From a virus (Duplodnaviria > Caudoviricetes): 52,228 nt of DNA. The stretch lies in the IMG/VR virus record IMGVR_UViG_3300007276_000008, positions 1 through 52,228 of that record; one strand, given 5' to 3'. A model generated the notes under the pieces. The model did no database searches and had not been told where the DNA came from. It saw nothing but the letters and a program-made list of their open reading frames with translations. The translations under genes were made by a program, and so were the position numbers. This document shows, one piece after another, positions 24,941 to 33,358 of the stretch (positions are counted from its first letter, which is position 1; the number at the start of each line of letters is the position of its first letter).

Positions 24941-24970
24941 AAGGCTCACTTTAAATAGTGGGCTTTTTCT
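24941..24970 (+). terminator. Intrinsic terminator of the non-coding unit
   Basis: AAGGCTCACT-TTAAAT-AGTGGGCTTT followed by TTCT. Confidence 0.75.
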
Positions 24971-25116
24971 GTTTAGGAAAGTTTTCAAGAAAATGTTTGG
25001 TAGTTGTAAAGATAGTTCGTAATTTTATTGTTGGTGCTCTGCTCTGAAATTTGCATGCTCCATTATTACTATATATATATAGTGTAAAAATTAATTTGCT
25101 TTTTTTCATAAATAAA

Positions 25117-25148
25117 TTTGGCAGTATTAAAATAATTGCTATCTTTAC
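25117..25148 (+). promoter_or_regulatory. Repeated cassette promoter
   Basis: TTTGGCAGTATTAAAATAA..TATCTTTAC. Confidence 0.75.
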
Positions 25149-25189
25149 AGTGTTGCAATATTGCAGCTATAATTTAAACATCACGCATC

Positions 25190-25615
25190 ATGAAAACATC
25201 AGCACAAATTGTTCAAGATTTAAAATCAGAATTAGACAACTCCATTAACCATTTGCAAAAAGACATTTCGCATCATATGGAGAGATTAAACAGCAACTTT
25301 TTATTCAACGCCAAATGGGTGTTTGAGGATACGCTAAAAAGCAACCTTAAATTAAAGGAATTAAGTTTGTTATTGGAAACACTACACCAAGAGGATATTA
25401 CAAAGTCCAACGGAGAGGTTTTAAAGGGTACAGACCAGAACAGACTACTTTGGTTCAGACAAGCTGTAAAACACTTAGAAGCGTTTACCTCTAAAAGCCA
25501 CAACGTAATGAGCAGCTCAACCTGTTCAGTTACTAACTTACAAACCACATTGACATTTATGGTTAAGTTAGAGGTTCAAGAGGAAATGAATCACTTACTA
25601 AATTTTTACTCATAA
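25190..25615 (+). CDS. Hypothetical helical protein
   Basis: Follows the promoter; ACATCAC..CATCATG start. Confidence 0.7.
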   Translation: MKTSAQIVQDLKSELDNSINHLQKDISHHMERLNSNFLFNAKWVFEDTLKSNLKLKELSLLLETLHQEDITKSNGEVLKGTDQNRLLWFRQAVKHLEAFTSKSHNVMSSSTCSVTNLQTTLTFMVKLEVQEEMNHLLNFYS

Positions 25616-25812
25616 TGTATGTCAAAAACGACAAGGTTAGTTATACAATTTCCGAACTAAACGGAGGCGGGGAGTGGGTTCAAGTGCAATACCAAGGAAC
25701 TATTTCCCGCATAATCCAAGCGCCAAACGGGCTACAAATAATGGAAACTAACCACGGGCATAAACTGCATATAAGGAACTCAAAACTAAACAACGATGAC
25801 AAATCCATATAA
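25615..25812 (+). CDS. Hypothetical protein
   Basis: TAATG coupling. Confidence 0.6.
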   Translation: MYVKNDKVSYTISELNGGGEWVQVQYQGTISRIIQAPNGLQIMETNHGHKLHIRNSKLNNDDKSI

Positions 25813-26083
25813 AACTAGGTGTTCGTGCTGTTCAGCGCATGTATCGTTAACAGCGCGCGACTTACCAGGCAATAACGATAGTGAAGGTAATTTGTGTGAA
25901 TGCTGCTACGGTGAGCATGAATTGCAAGCATGGCTGGAGATGCATAACATGTTTGATTTAATTGCAAAAGCAATAAGGAGCCCTATAAGCGCTTTAAAAT
26001 GGCAATACAGCTCAGACGCTGCAAAATGGTATCACTGCCAACAGTTAATGCGGAGAGGTGTAATAAAGTGGCAAATATCATAA
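25796..26083 (+). CDS. Cys-rich putative Zn-finger protein
   Basis: CSCC..CECC. Confidence 0.6.
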   Translation: MTNPYKTRCSCCSAHVSLTARDLPGNNDSEGNLCECCYGEHELQAWLEMHNMFDLIAKAIRSPISALKWQYSSDAAKWYHCQQLMRRGVIKWQIS

Positions 26084-26092
26084 AACAAAATT

Positions 26093-26314
26093 ATGAAAAT
26101 TAAATTAGTAGAGGAAACAGAAGAAACTATTAGAAAAAGGAACAATGAAAGACTTGTTTTAGAAAGTATGGAATTGCACGAAATGATTGACATAGGTGAT
26201 AGGTTTAATAGCTATAAGGTTATGCGTGTCCATGGTGGTTGGCTATACACATATCACAGATTAGACAAAAGTATAATGACAACAACATTTGTTCCTTTTA
26301 ATCAAAATGGTTAG
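26093..26314 (+). CDS. Hypothetical protein
   Basis: A-rich start; co-oriented. Confidence 0.65.
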   Translation: MKIKLVEETEETIRKRNNERLVLESMELHEMIDIGDRFNSYKVMRVHGGWLYTYHRLDKSIMTTTFVPFNQNG

Positions 26315-26319
26315 TAGTT

Positions 26320-26475
26320 ATGAAAGAATTACAAAAATTAAAAGAGGAAGTAAAAGAAGCAAGGCAATTAATGGTTTGGCATAGACCTAATAAAGATGCG
26401 ATAGGTACAATGTATTACTATTGGGAAGAAAAAAAAGACAATGCTTTGCGTAAAATAAATGAGTTAAGAAATTAA
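26320..26475 (+). CDS. Hypothetical protein, 51 aa (not in ORF track)
   Basis: MKELQKLKEEVKEARQ..; fills the gap between neighbouring genes. Confidence 0.55.
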   Translation: MKELQKLKEEVKEARQLMVWHRPNKDAIGTMYYYWEEKKDNALRKINELRN

Positions 26476-26492
26476 ACTAAACAAATAGAACA

Positions 26493-26879
26493 ATGAAACT
26501 AACAGAAAAGTGTAAAAAGGATTTTGAGAAGTGGTATTTTAAACATCATGTAACAACAACTAAAAAGTTTAAAGATTTATACCCACATGAGTATCATGAA
26601 ATATATGATTGGTTTTATGGTATTGATTTGTCTTTTCAATACGGAGTGTATGTAGACTTCTTTGATAGTGTTGGAATTATAATTGATATTCAACCTTTAT
26701 TAGATTATGATGATAAACAATATACTAATATTTATAGTGTTTATGGAAATATAATTAAGTTAAATTTTCCACAAGAAGAGAATTATAACAGAAACCCTTT
26801 TGAATGCAAAACACGCCAAGAAGCAAGAACAAAAGCAATAGAAAAAGCTGATGAAATATTTAATTCACTAAACAAATAG
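26493..26879 (+). CDS. Hypothetical phage protein
   Basis: Aromatic-rich; flanked by a 21-bp direct repeat. Confidence 0.7.
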   Translation: MKLTEKCKKDFEKWYFKHHVTTTKKFKDLYPHEYHEIYDWFYGIDLSFQYGVYVDFFDSVGIIIDIQPLLDYDDKQYTNIYSVYGNIIKLNFPQEENYNRNPFECKTRQEARTKAIEKADEIFNSLNK

Positions 26880-26883
26880 AACA

Positions 26884-27171
26884 ATGACACAACTAACATT
26901 TGAACAGTATTTATGTGAAAGATTTAATTGTATTAGGTCAGTATTACAAAATGAGATAACTAAAAATCCAACTAAAGTAATTTCTTATGGAACTGACTAT
27001 GCGAATAATAATTTTGAACACCGGGTAAATGAGATAAGTGATGAAGCTATTGAAAAAGGGTTAGATGCACATAAAGAATCTGAAATGAAGTATAGTTATG
27101 ATATGGAAAAAAGACAAGAGGGTGCGAAATGGTTTAAAGAACAACTAATAAAAAATAAGCATAATGGCTGA
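26884..27171 (+). CDS. Hypothetical protein
   Basis: Co-oriented; overlaps the next gene. Confidence 0.65.
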   Translation: MTQLTFEQYLCERFNCIRSVLQNEITKNPTKVISYGTDYANNNFEHRVNEISDEAIEKGLDAHKESEMKYSYDMEKRQEGAKWFKEQLIKNKHNG

Positions 27172-27571
27172 ATTAAAACTACAAGGTCCTAAGATGCATT
27201 CTGACATAACTAAAAAATTAAACAGCATAAACAAGCCACAAACATACCTCCACAACAAATTAAGCATATCGCGTTCAACGCTGTGGCGCTTAAATGTAGG
27301 TAGGCCAATAACGCTTGAAACCTTTATGCTGCTACTAGGTTGGTTGGATGCGCCTGCTGACAAATATATAAACAGCGGGAGGACAAATGGGAGGACAATA
27401 TATGTTACGGAAACAAGCAACCAGGAATTAAAGGAGCGATGGGGTGTTCCATGCTATTACAAAAGCAAAGTATATATCAGATGCAATGCCGCAAAAATAA
27501 TTAATTGGGATAAAGCCGTTGTTTACGGTGCTTTAGAACTGCTAACCAAAAATAATGTGGAAATAATTTAA
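27164..27571 (+). CDS. XRE-like HTH protein
   Basis: QTYLHNKLSISRSTLWRLNVGRPITLETFMLLLGWL. Confidence 0.65.
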   Translation: MAELKLQGPKMHSDITKKLNSINKPQTYLHNKLSISRSTLWRLNVGRPITLETFMLLLGWLDAPADKYINSGRTNGRTIYVTETSNQELKERWGVPCYYKSKVYIRCNAAKIINWDKAVVYGALELLTKNNVEII

Positions 27572-27578
27572 AAAAAGC

Positions 27579-27610
27579 CTTGGCAGTGTAAAAATGTTTT
27601 ATATCTTTAC
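27579..27610 (+). promoter_or_regulatory. Repeated cassette promoter
   Basis: CTTGGCAGT..TATCTTTAC. Confidence 0.7.
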
Positions 27611-27641
27611 AGTGTAATAATAACTAAAAATATATAAAATT

Positions 27642-28577
27642 ATGTCAACAACAACAAAAAATCAAGCAGCAAAGTCAGGAAACAGTGTAGAAGCAGTAAT
27701 GGCAACTACCAACGCTGACAGCAAAAACATCGCAACGGTTGAAGCTCAACTATATGATGTAGTAAAAATGAAAATGAGAAGTCCTAAAACGGGATTTAGA
27801 GCAGCACAAAATTCTTTTGGTATTTGGAAAGCAGAAGGAGGTGACTGTTTAGGAGTTGTAGGAAAAGGTACTATACCAACGCAACCAAAATTTTTATTAA
27901 GCGCAGTATTAAACACCGCACTCCAAACACCAGGAGTATTTGACTTGTCAACTTTAAAGTTTAGAGAACGTAATGGTGGCAGCCGAATTGAATTTAGTGT
28001 AAAAATGGCTCCAATAGTTGTGCCTACAAAACTAAAAGTGGACGACGTTACGGAAGTGGAATTATTATTTTCAACGTCATACAACAATGAGCAAGCAAAC
28101 AGGATTGAAATGTTAACCACTAGATGTGTTTGCGACAACCAAATGGTAATGAAATTCCGCTCCTCTTCCTTAACAGTTAAAAACACAAAAAACTCCGAAG
28201 GGCAAATTGAAAAGTACTTTTACGATATTGCTAAAATATTAGACGAGGTGGATGTGGTAACAGAGGAGATGATAAAGTTAGCAGGTACAAAAGTAAACGA
28301 CAATGATATTGAGCGCTTAATTTGCAAAACATTTGAATTGCATACCAACGTTGAAGACCGTAAAAGTAGAGAAATCAACAGACACATAAGCATAATGGAA
28401 AGCGTTAATTTAGAAATTGAGCGCACAGGAAAAACAGCGTTTGGATTGATGCAAGGAATAACGCACTACATTAACCATGTAGTAGGCGCAGACAAAGACG
28501 CTGACTATTGCGTTACAGGAAACGGTAATAAGTGGGCGCAGCGCATGCAAAAACACCTTATGCCAATGGTTAAATAG
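27642..28577 (+). CDS. DUF932-like phage/plasmid protein
   Basis: LGVVG..Q, GGSRI, TSYN..RCVCDNQM and TAFGLMQGITHYINH match the family pattern. Confidence 0.75.
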   Translation: MSTTTKNQAAKSGNSVEAVMATTNADSKNIATVEAQLYDVVKMKMRSPKTGFRAAQNSFGIWKAEGGDCLGVVGKGTIPTQPKFLLSAVLNTALQTPGVFDLSTLKFRERNGGSRIEFSVKMAPIVVPTKLKVDDVTEVELLFSTSYNNEQANRIEMLTTRCVCDNQMVMKFRSSSLTVKNTKNSEGQIEKYFYDIAKILDEVDVVTEEMIKLAGTKVNDNDIERLICKTFELHTNVEDRKSREINRHISIMESVNLEIERTGKTAFGLMQGITHYINHVVGADKDADYCVTGNGNKWAQRMQKHLMPMVK

Positions 28578-28597
28578 CAACTAACCAAAACAGTATT

Positions 28598-28629
28598 AAA
28601 AGCAGCGTTTCAAAAGCGCTGCTTTTTTT
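28598..28629 (+). terminator. Intrinsic terminator
   Basis: AAAAGCAGCG-N8-CGCTGCTTTT followed by a T run. Confidence 0.75.
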
Positions 28630-28682
28630 GTTGCATGATATAATAATATTGCATACCTTTACACAAATCAAAATTAATTTAT

Positions 28683-28862
28683 ATGAAGCATATTATCGTA
28701 ATACAAAAAGACAGGCAAGTAGAAACCTATGGCAGTTTAACCGGCGCATGTAAAGCGCACAAGGATTTCCAATACCATTCAATTAAGATGCTGTCGTTTC
28801 CTTTTGAACACAAAGGTTGGGTATTCCACAAAACAGACCATAACATAAAAATTGTAAAGTAG
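28683..28862 (+). CDS. Small hypothetical protein, 59 aa, possibly DNA-binding (not in ORF track)
   Basis: ETYGSLTGACKAH.. resembles small NUMOD/HTH-like modules. Confidence 0.55.
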   Translation: MKHIIVIQKDRQVETYGSLTGACKAHKDFQYHSIKMLSFPFEHKGWVFHKTDHNIKIVK

Positions 28863-29043
28863 TTATACAATATTAGCGCAGCGCTTAATTCAAGCTGAAA
28901 TTATTGCCCTCAATAAAAGCCTAGCTAGGTTAAGCGCAGCGGCTAATAGAGAAACAAACTTAAAAGCGCATAATATAACACCCACAAAGCAAAACCCTCT
29001 TAAAAGGGCTCTTTTAGCAATATGAAATTATTTTTAAATAATA

Positions 29044-29076
29044 TTTGGTAGTTAGTAAAATATGTTATATGTTTAC
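29044..29076 (+). promoter_or_regulatory. Repeated cassette promoter
   Basis: TTTGGTAGTTAGTAA..TATGTTTAC. Confidence 0.7.
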
Positions 29077-29114
29077 AACGTTGTAACAAAGCAACACCAA
29101 AAACATCACATTTT

Positions 29115-29471
29115 ATGTCACTTACTTTTCACACACCAACGTCACATTTAGCAGAAGGCTACAAATCATGGGAGTCGCAAACAAACTACGAAGGCAATCA
29201 GTCCGTAGGCGTGTTCCGTTTACCAAATGTATACGCTGATTATTTTTTATATGAAGCTCCAGAATTCCAAGTTTGCGCAGCAGGCGAAAAAGTGTTTCGC
29301 TTTGAAACTGAAAAAGCGCGCATCGCACAAATAAGTCCTTTAATCAAAATTAACATGACAACGGGCGCACTGCATTTTTTAAATCCTGATTTAATTATGG
29401 AGGACGAGATAGTGTTTGAAGGCCGCAGTGTAAAACCATTATTTATTAACATAAACAGCAACCAAAAATGA
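29115..29471 (+). CDS. Hypothetical protein
   Basis: ACATCAC start motif after the promoter. Confidence 0.7.
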   Translation: MSLTFHTPTSHLAEGYKSWESQTNYEGNQSVGVFRLPNVYADYFLYEAPEFQVCAAGEKVFRFETEKARIAQISPLIKINMTTGALHFLNPDLIMEDEIVFEGRSVKPLFININSNQK

Positions 29472-29776
29472 ATCGCGAGGAAATTTTAGAATATATCCAA
29501 TATCGTGCCAGCGGCATCGGACAAGCAAAGGACTACACCTATAAAAAGTTTTACGAGGAGATGCTCGCATTGCACGCGATAGAGACCGAGGTGTATACGC
29601 CTGAAGCAATAAATGAAGCACTTAGCCTTTTTAATGGGTATTGGGCTAACGATTACACTGTTTGTGACGAGATAGCATACAAATATAAGTATAACAAAAA
29701 ACGGTTCACGAGCGCTGTTTATAAGCGTGCAAAGGAAGTGGAAGCGCTGCAAAAAATAAAAAGCAAAAAAAATTAA
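29468..29776 (+). CDS. Hypothetical protein
   Basis: ATGA-type overlap with the previous gene. Confidence 0.65.
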   Translation: MNREEILEYIQYRASGIGQAKDYTYKKFYEEMLALHAIETEVYTPEAINEALSLFNGYWANDYTVCDEIAYKYKYNKKRFTSAVYKRAKEVEALQKIKSKKN

Positions 29777-29783
29777 TAATTTG

Positions 29784-29815
29784 CTTGGTAGTATTAAAAT
29801 AAACATTATCTTTAC
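29784..29815 (+). promoter_or_regulatory. Repeated cassette promoter
   Basis: CTTGGTAGTATTAAAATAA..TATCTTTAC. Confidence 0.75.
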
Positions 29816-29850
29816 AGTGTAATAATATTTTAACCCTTAATTTTTACATC

Positions 29851-30027
29851 ATGGATTCACATTTAGATATTGGAAATAACCCAAACAGTCACTTCGAAAA
29901 CGACTATGTAATTGTAAACTTGAACACCGAGGAAATCACTTGGAAGCCTGGAAAGTATACTCCTAAAATGGCAATCCAAATACAATTTTGGTTAGACGTA
30001 AGAAATAATGTAAACTCAAAAAACTAA
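29851..30027 (+). CDS. Hypothetical protein, 58 aa (not in ORF track)
   Basis: ACATCATG start; MDSHLDIGNNPNS.. Confidence 0.6.
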   Translation: MDSHLDIGNNPNSHFENDYVIVNLNTEEITWKPGKYTPKMAIQIQFWLDVRNNVNSKN

Positions 30028-30032
30028 ACATC

Positions 30033-30311
30033 ATGACAACTTTAGAAAAAGAATTAGTAGTATTTAGAAAAGAAAAAATAGTAAGGCTAAAAGCATTCAA
30101 AGCAGCTATACAAGGCAGCGAAATGGATTTTATGCGCAATGACATCCGCTTCAAAGGCAATATTGTTAAGGAGCGCAAATTAATAATCACACCAAAAATA
30201 GGCTTTTTCACATGCACTGCATTAAGGATACTAGGTGAGGAAGCAGAAAAAGCAAGTTTGCAATTTTGGATTGAAAGCGCAGACAATGTACCAACTTTAA
30301 AAATAATGTAA
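30033..30311 (+). CDS. Hypothetical protein
   Basis: AAACATCATG start. Confidence 0.65.
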   Translation: MTTLEKELVVFRKEKIVRLKAFKAAIQGSEMDFMRNDIRFKGNIVKERKLIITPKIGFFTCTALRILGEEAEKASLQFWIESADNVPTLKIM

Positions 30312-30312
30312 T

Positions 30313-30525
30313 ATGGCAATTGAAACAATCACACAGGAAGGAAAAGAGGTATTTGAATACCTAAATGTTTTACGGGATAGCGGTGTCACCAACATGTTTG
30401 GAGCCGCACCGTATATCCAACGCAAATTTGGAATACAAAAAAATGCAGCGCGCGAACACTTACAAAATTGGATGGTGCATTACAACCCAAAAGGGTATAG
30501 TCATTTAACAGTTGTAAACCCTTAG
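30313..30525 (+). CDS. Small phage protein
   Basis: YLNVLRDSGVTNMFGAAPYI motif, familiar from small phage hypotheticals. Confidence 0.7.
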   Translation: MAIETITQEGKEVFEYLNVLRDSGVTNMFGAAPYIQRKFGIQKNAAREHLQNWMVHYNPKGYSHLTVVNP

Positions 30526-30528
30526 CAT

Positions 30529-30843
30529 ATGAAACCCTCAGATGATACAGACGAGCCAGTAGATTGGACCTTACTGCATCAGCAGCGCAAACAAGCAAGG
30601 CTTGACAAGTGGCTAAAAGTATTGCCGCAGTTGCACCACATAACCCTAATAAAGCATATTGAAGCAGATTTGTATGTTATACACTTACCTCAATTAGGAA
30701 AATGTGATTTTAGTGTAAAGTCAGATAAAATAAAAGTTGTGGTAAAAGATGAAACGCGTGTTAATGCATATAAGTTGATTTTAAACTGCCTGGGTTTATA
30801 CGAGCTGGAGGGTCAGCTGCTTAAAAAAGACATTTCAGGCTAG
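30529..30843 (+). CDS. Hypothetical protein
   Basis: Last ORF before the head operon. Confidence 0.6.
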   Translation: MKPSDDTDEPVDWTLLHQQRKQARLDKWLKVLPQLHHITLIKHIEADLYVIHLPQLGKCDFSVKSDKIKVVVKDETRVNAYKLILNCLGLYELEGQLLKKDISG

Positions 30844-30909
30844 GGCACCAGCAATAAAGATATAGACTATTTTTATATTTACCAAATAATTTAAAAGAAA
30901 ACTTTCCAA

Positions 30910-31008
30910 GCAAAAGAAAGGCTCACAAATTAATGCAAGCCTTATAACCCTTTTACCATGATATTTTTGCTAAGGATGCTGGTCCTTGCCCTACTGAGCG
31001 AAGTAGTC
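30910..31008 (-). ncRNA. Candidate ~100-nt small RNA on the minus strand
   Basis: Minus-strand TATATTTG -7 box (31020-31013), two hairpins and a terminator whose G-U pairs form only on the minus strand. Confidence 0.4.
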
Positions 31009-31029
31009 GAAGCAAATATAATAAAAAAT

Positions 31030-31060
31030 ATTGGAATTACAGGAAATTTGTTTAGATTTG
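31030..31060 (+). promoter_or_regulatory. Putative promoter of the structural operon
   Basis: TTG..TAGATTTG, a canonical Bacteroidota TAnnTTTG -7 box that differs from the cassette promoters. Confidence 0.55.
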
Positions 31061-31099
31061 TAGCTAAACGGCAAAGGACTGCTTTGAAAATTATTATAA

Positions 31100-32818
31100 G
31101 TGTCTAAACAATTCCTAGTAGATAATGTCAATAGTACTGCTTTGGTGGAAGCCCGCAAGCAGGCTAAACAAATAGCCTATCTAACACAATCATCCATACA
31201 ACAAGAAATTACCGCTGCATACCTAAACCAATGGGCTGAACGCAATTTTGTAGGTACGGATTATTTTTTAAATTGGGTAAAAGCTGTTTTACGAACTGAA
31301 AATTTCCTACACTTTTATAAGTACTTTAGGCATCCTATTGCAAGTTCAGCAGTTATAAACAACAAAATTTTGCCAGCATTGGAACGCGTTTTTTTTGCTG
31401 ATGACAGTTACTTTAGGTACAATATTGGTAATGAAGAGGTAACAAGTGTAGAGGAACTAGGCAGTCCTGAGTTTGATGAAGTAGTATTTGAAGCAGTTAT
31501 ATTTAGGCATAATGACATATTTTGGTATGACTACGAGGATATAAACAAGCCTATACGCAAACTAATTGATATTGAAAATGTATACGCAATTGATTGTGGT
31601 AGGAATGACATTTACCAAATTGCTATTAAGGGCGTGCATGAGGGCAAAGCAGTAATAATTTATGCAAACCAAACGGAGTATATTATTTATAATTACGCTT
31701 TTGAACCTTTAGCAGTTATACCACACGATTTAGGATTATGCCCGGCTGACTTTGTTAGCAAAGACCCGTTAAATTCCAAAAAAAATAATGTAGTAAGGAA
31801 AAGTTTATTTTCATATTCAATTGAAAAGCTAGAGGAGTACGTATTCCTAAAAACATTGCAGCGCATGACAGAGGCAAATGGCGCCATTCCAATTACTACG
31901 GAAATAAAATCTGACAAAAAGAAAACAGAAGGTGAGCAAGCAAAAGCGCTACCCGCTGAGCCAATGTCTACCGCACTTATAAAAGGTCACAATGGCGAGA
32001 TAGCCGGCAACGTTTTAGGACAGCAAAGCGACAACGTATTAATGGCTGGAACGCGTATTAAAATACCACCTATTAGGAAGCAAGACGGTTCATATGATAT
32101 GGACGCAATTAAGCATTTCGTCAACTTTTTTTACACGCCAATTGAAGCGTTGGAATACCTAAATTCACGCGTTGAAAACATTGAAAAGGATTTAATGATT
32201 GACTTAATTGGTGATTATAGCGAAGACAATGAAGCAGCAAAAAACGTTTTACAAGTAAGTAAAGGATTTAAAAGCAAGCAAGACAAGTTACGGAAGCAGT
32301 CAGAATTGATGTCGTGGTTGCGCACGCGCTCGGATAAAAAAATGCTGCTTATGCTATTAGCCAACCAAAATATAACAGTAGAAGGCACGTACGGAACTGA
32401 TTTCTTTTTGGAAAGCCAACAGGAATTGTATAAAATGTTTGCTGAAAGTCCAAATGCAATTGAGCGCAAAAGCATATTAATTAGGTTAGTAAGGAACAGG
32501 AATAAGGACAATATTAAGCGAGGGGAGAAGGACGAATTAATGTATAAATTATTGCCTTTTGCAAGCGATATTGACTTTGACAAAGCATTAGAATATAACA
32601 AAGTAGGAGATATAACTTTTCAAATGCAAACAAGGATGGACTATTATTTGTCTATTTTTGAAAGCAGGTACGGTGATATTTGTTACTTTTACAACATGTT
32701 AGAAAGTGAAGAAAGCGTAAGGTTAGTAACCATTTCTAATTTATTAATTAACATAATAAAAGAATATTATGAAAAACCAGAAATCCCAGAAGGCAGTGTT
32801 ACACCTGAGAGTGTATAG
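31100..32818 (+). CDS. Putative portal protein
   Basis: 572 aa, first gene of the head operon, IPHDLGLCPA motif (like portal H.lG.vP); GTG start. Confidence 0.7.
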   Translation: MSKQFLVDNVNSTALVEARKQAKQIAYLTQSSIQQEITAAYLNQWAERNFVGTDYFLNWVKAVLRTENFLHFYKYFRHPIASSAVINNKILPALERVFFADDSYFRYNIGNEEVTSVEELGSPEFDEVVFEAVIFRHNDIFWYDYEDINKPIRKLIDIENVYAIDCGRNDIYQIAIKGVHEGKAVIIYANQTEYIIYNYAFEPLAVIPHDLGLCPADFVSKDPLNSKKNNVVRKSLFSYSIEKLEEYVFLKTLQRMTEANGAIPITTEIKSDKKKTEGEQAKALPAEPMSTALIKGHNGEIAGNVLGQQSDNVLMAGTRIKIPPIRKQDGSYDMDAIKHFVNFFYTPIEALEYLNSRVENIEKDLMIDLIGDYSEDNEAAKNVLQVSKGFKSKQDKLRKQSELMSWLRTRSDKKMLLMLLANQNITVEGTYGTDFFLESQQELYKMFAESPNAIERKSILIRLVRNRNKDNIKRGEKDELMYKLLPFASDIDFDKALEYNKVGDITFQMQTRMDYYLSIFESRYGDICYFYNMLESEESVRLVTISNLLINIIKEYYEKPEIPEGSVTPESV

Positions 32819-33344
32819 TCCTTATGGCTCACAAAGGACTGTGGCACGCAATAATGCAGGCGCGGTTCTCAATGAAAATCAAATCATTAAGTTAGAGCAT
32901 GACACGTTAGAATACCTAAATTTCCTTAAGCATGTGAAATATTTAGGATACGTGGAAATTACTGTTGAAAAAGCTACAAGACGCAAAAAGAAGGGCGGTT
33001 ATGCTGACATTGAAACAAGTTTAAAGGACTATCAATTTGAAGTAGACAAGCACTTTTTAGGCCCTGATGAGGCAGCGTTAAGGTTAAAGCAAACGACAGC
33101 AGATGAAAAAACAAAAACGTCAACAACACCTCAAACAAAAAACGACAGCGAAGGAGAAGTTGCAGCAGCAGCGCCACAAGTTGAGGCAGCAGAAGATGAG
33201 GAAAGTGCTGTAATTGATTACGACAAAATGTCAATAGTTGAATTAAAAAAGCTATATTACGACACAGCAGGTAGACCAGCGCATGGCACGTGGAATACTA
33301 AGGCAAAGTTAATTGCCAAAATAAAAGAAAAAACAAACGAATAA
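32769..33344 (+). CDS. Head-region hypothetical protein with possible C-terminal HeH/Rho-N-like module
   Basis: Acidic linker then YDKMSIVELKKL..KAKLIAKI. Confidence 0.55.
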   Translation: MKNQKSQKAVLHLRVYSPYGSQRTVARNNAGAVLNENQIIKLEHDTLEYLNFLKHVKYLGYVEITVEKATRRKKKGGYADIETSLKDYQFEVDKHFLGPDEAALRLKQTTADEKTKTSTTPQTKNDSEGEVAAAAPQVEAAEDEESAVIDYDKMSIVELKKLYYDTAGRPAHGTWNTKAKLIAKIKEKTNE

Positions 33345-33358
33345 AATCATAAAGGACT

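Larger units (their letters stand above)
24050..24970 (+). ncRNA. Putative polycistronic structured ncRNA unit
   Basis: No + strand ORF of 60 aa or more; bounded by a promoter and a terminator; many stems and UUCG/GAAA tetraloops. Confidence 0.6.

Noticed and set aside
24996-25030. Additional copy of the cassette promoter
   Set aside because: The TTTGGTAGT half is present but the -7 half is degenerate (TAATTTTATT); possibly a relic, so not listed as functional.
27164-27571. Lysogeny module (CI repressor with integrase)
   Set aside because: A single XRE-like HTH gene co-oriented with its neighbours; no divergent cI/cro pair, peptidase domain or recombinase was seen.
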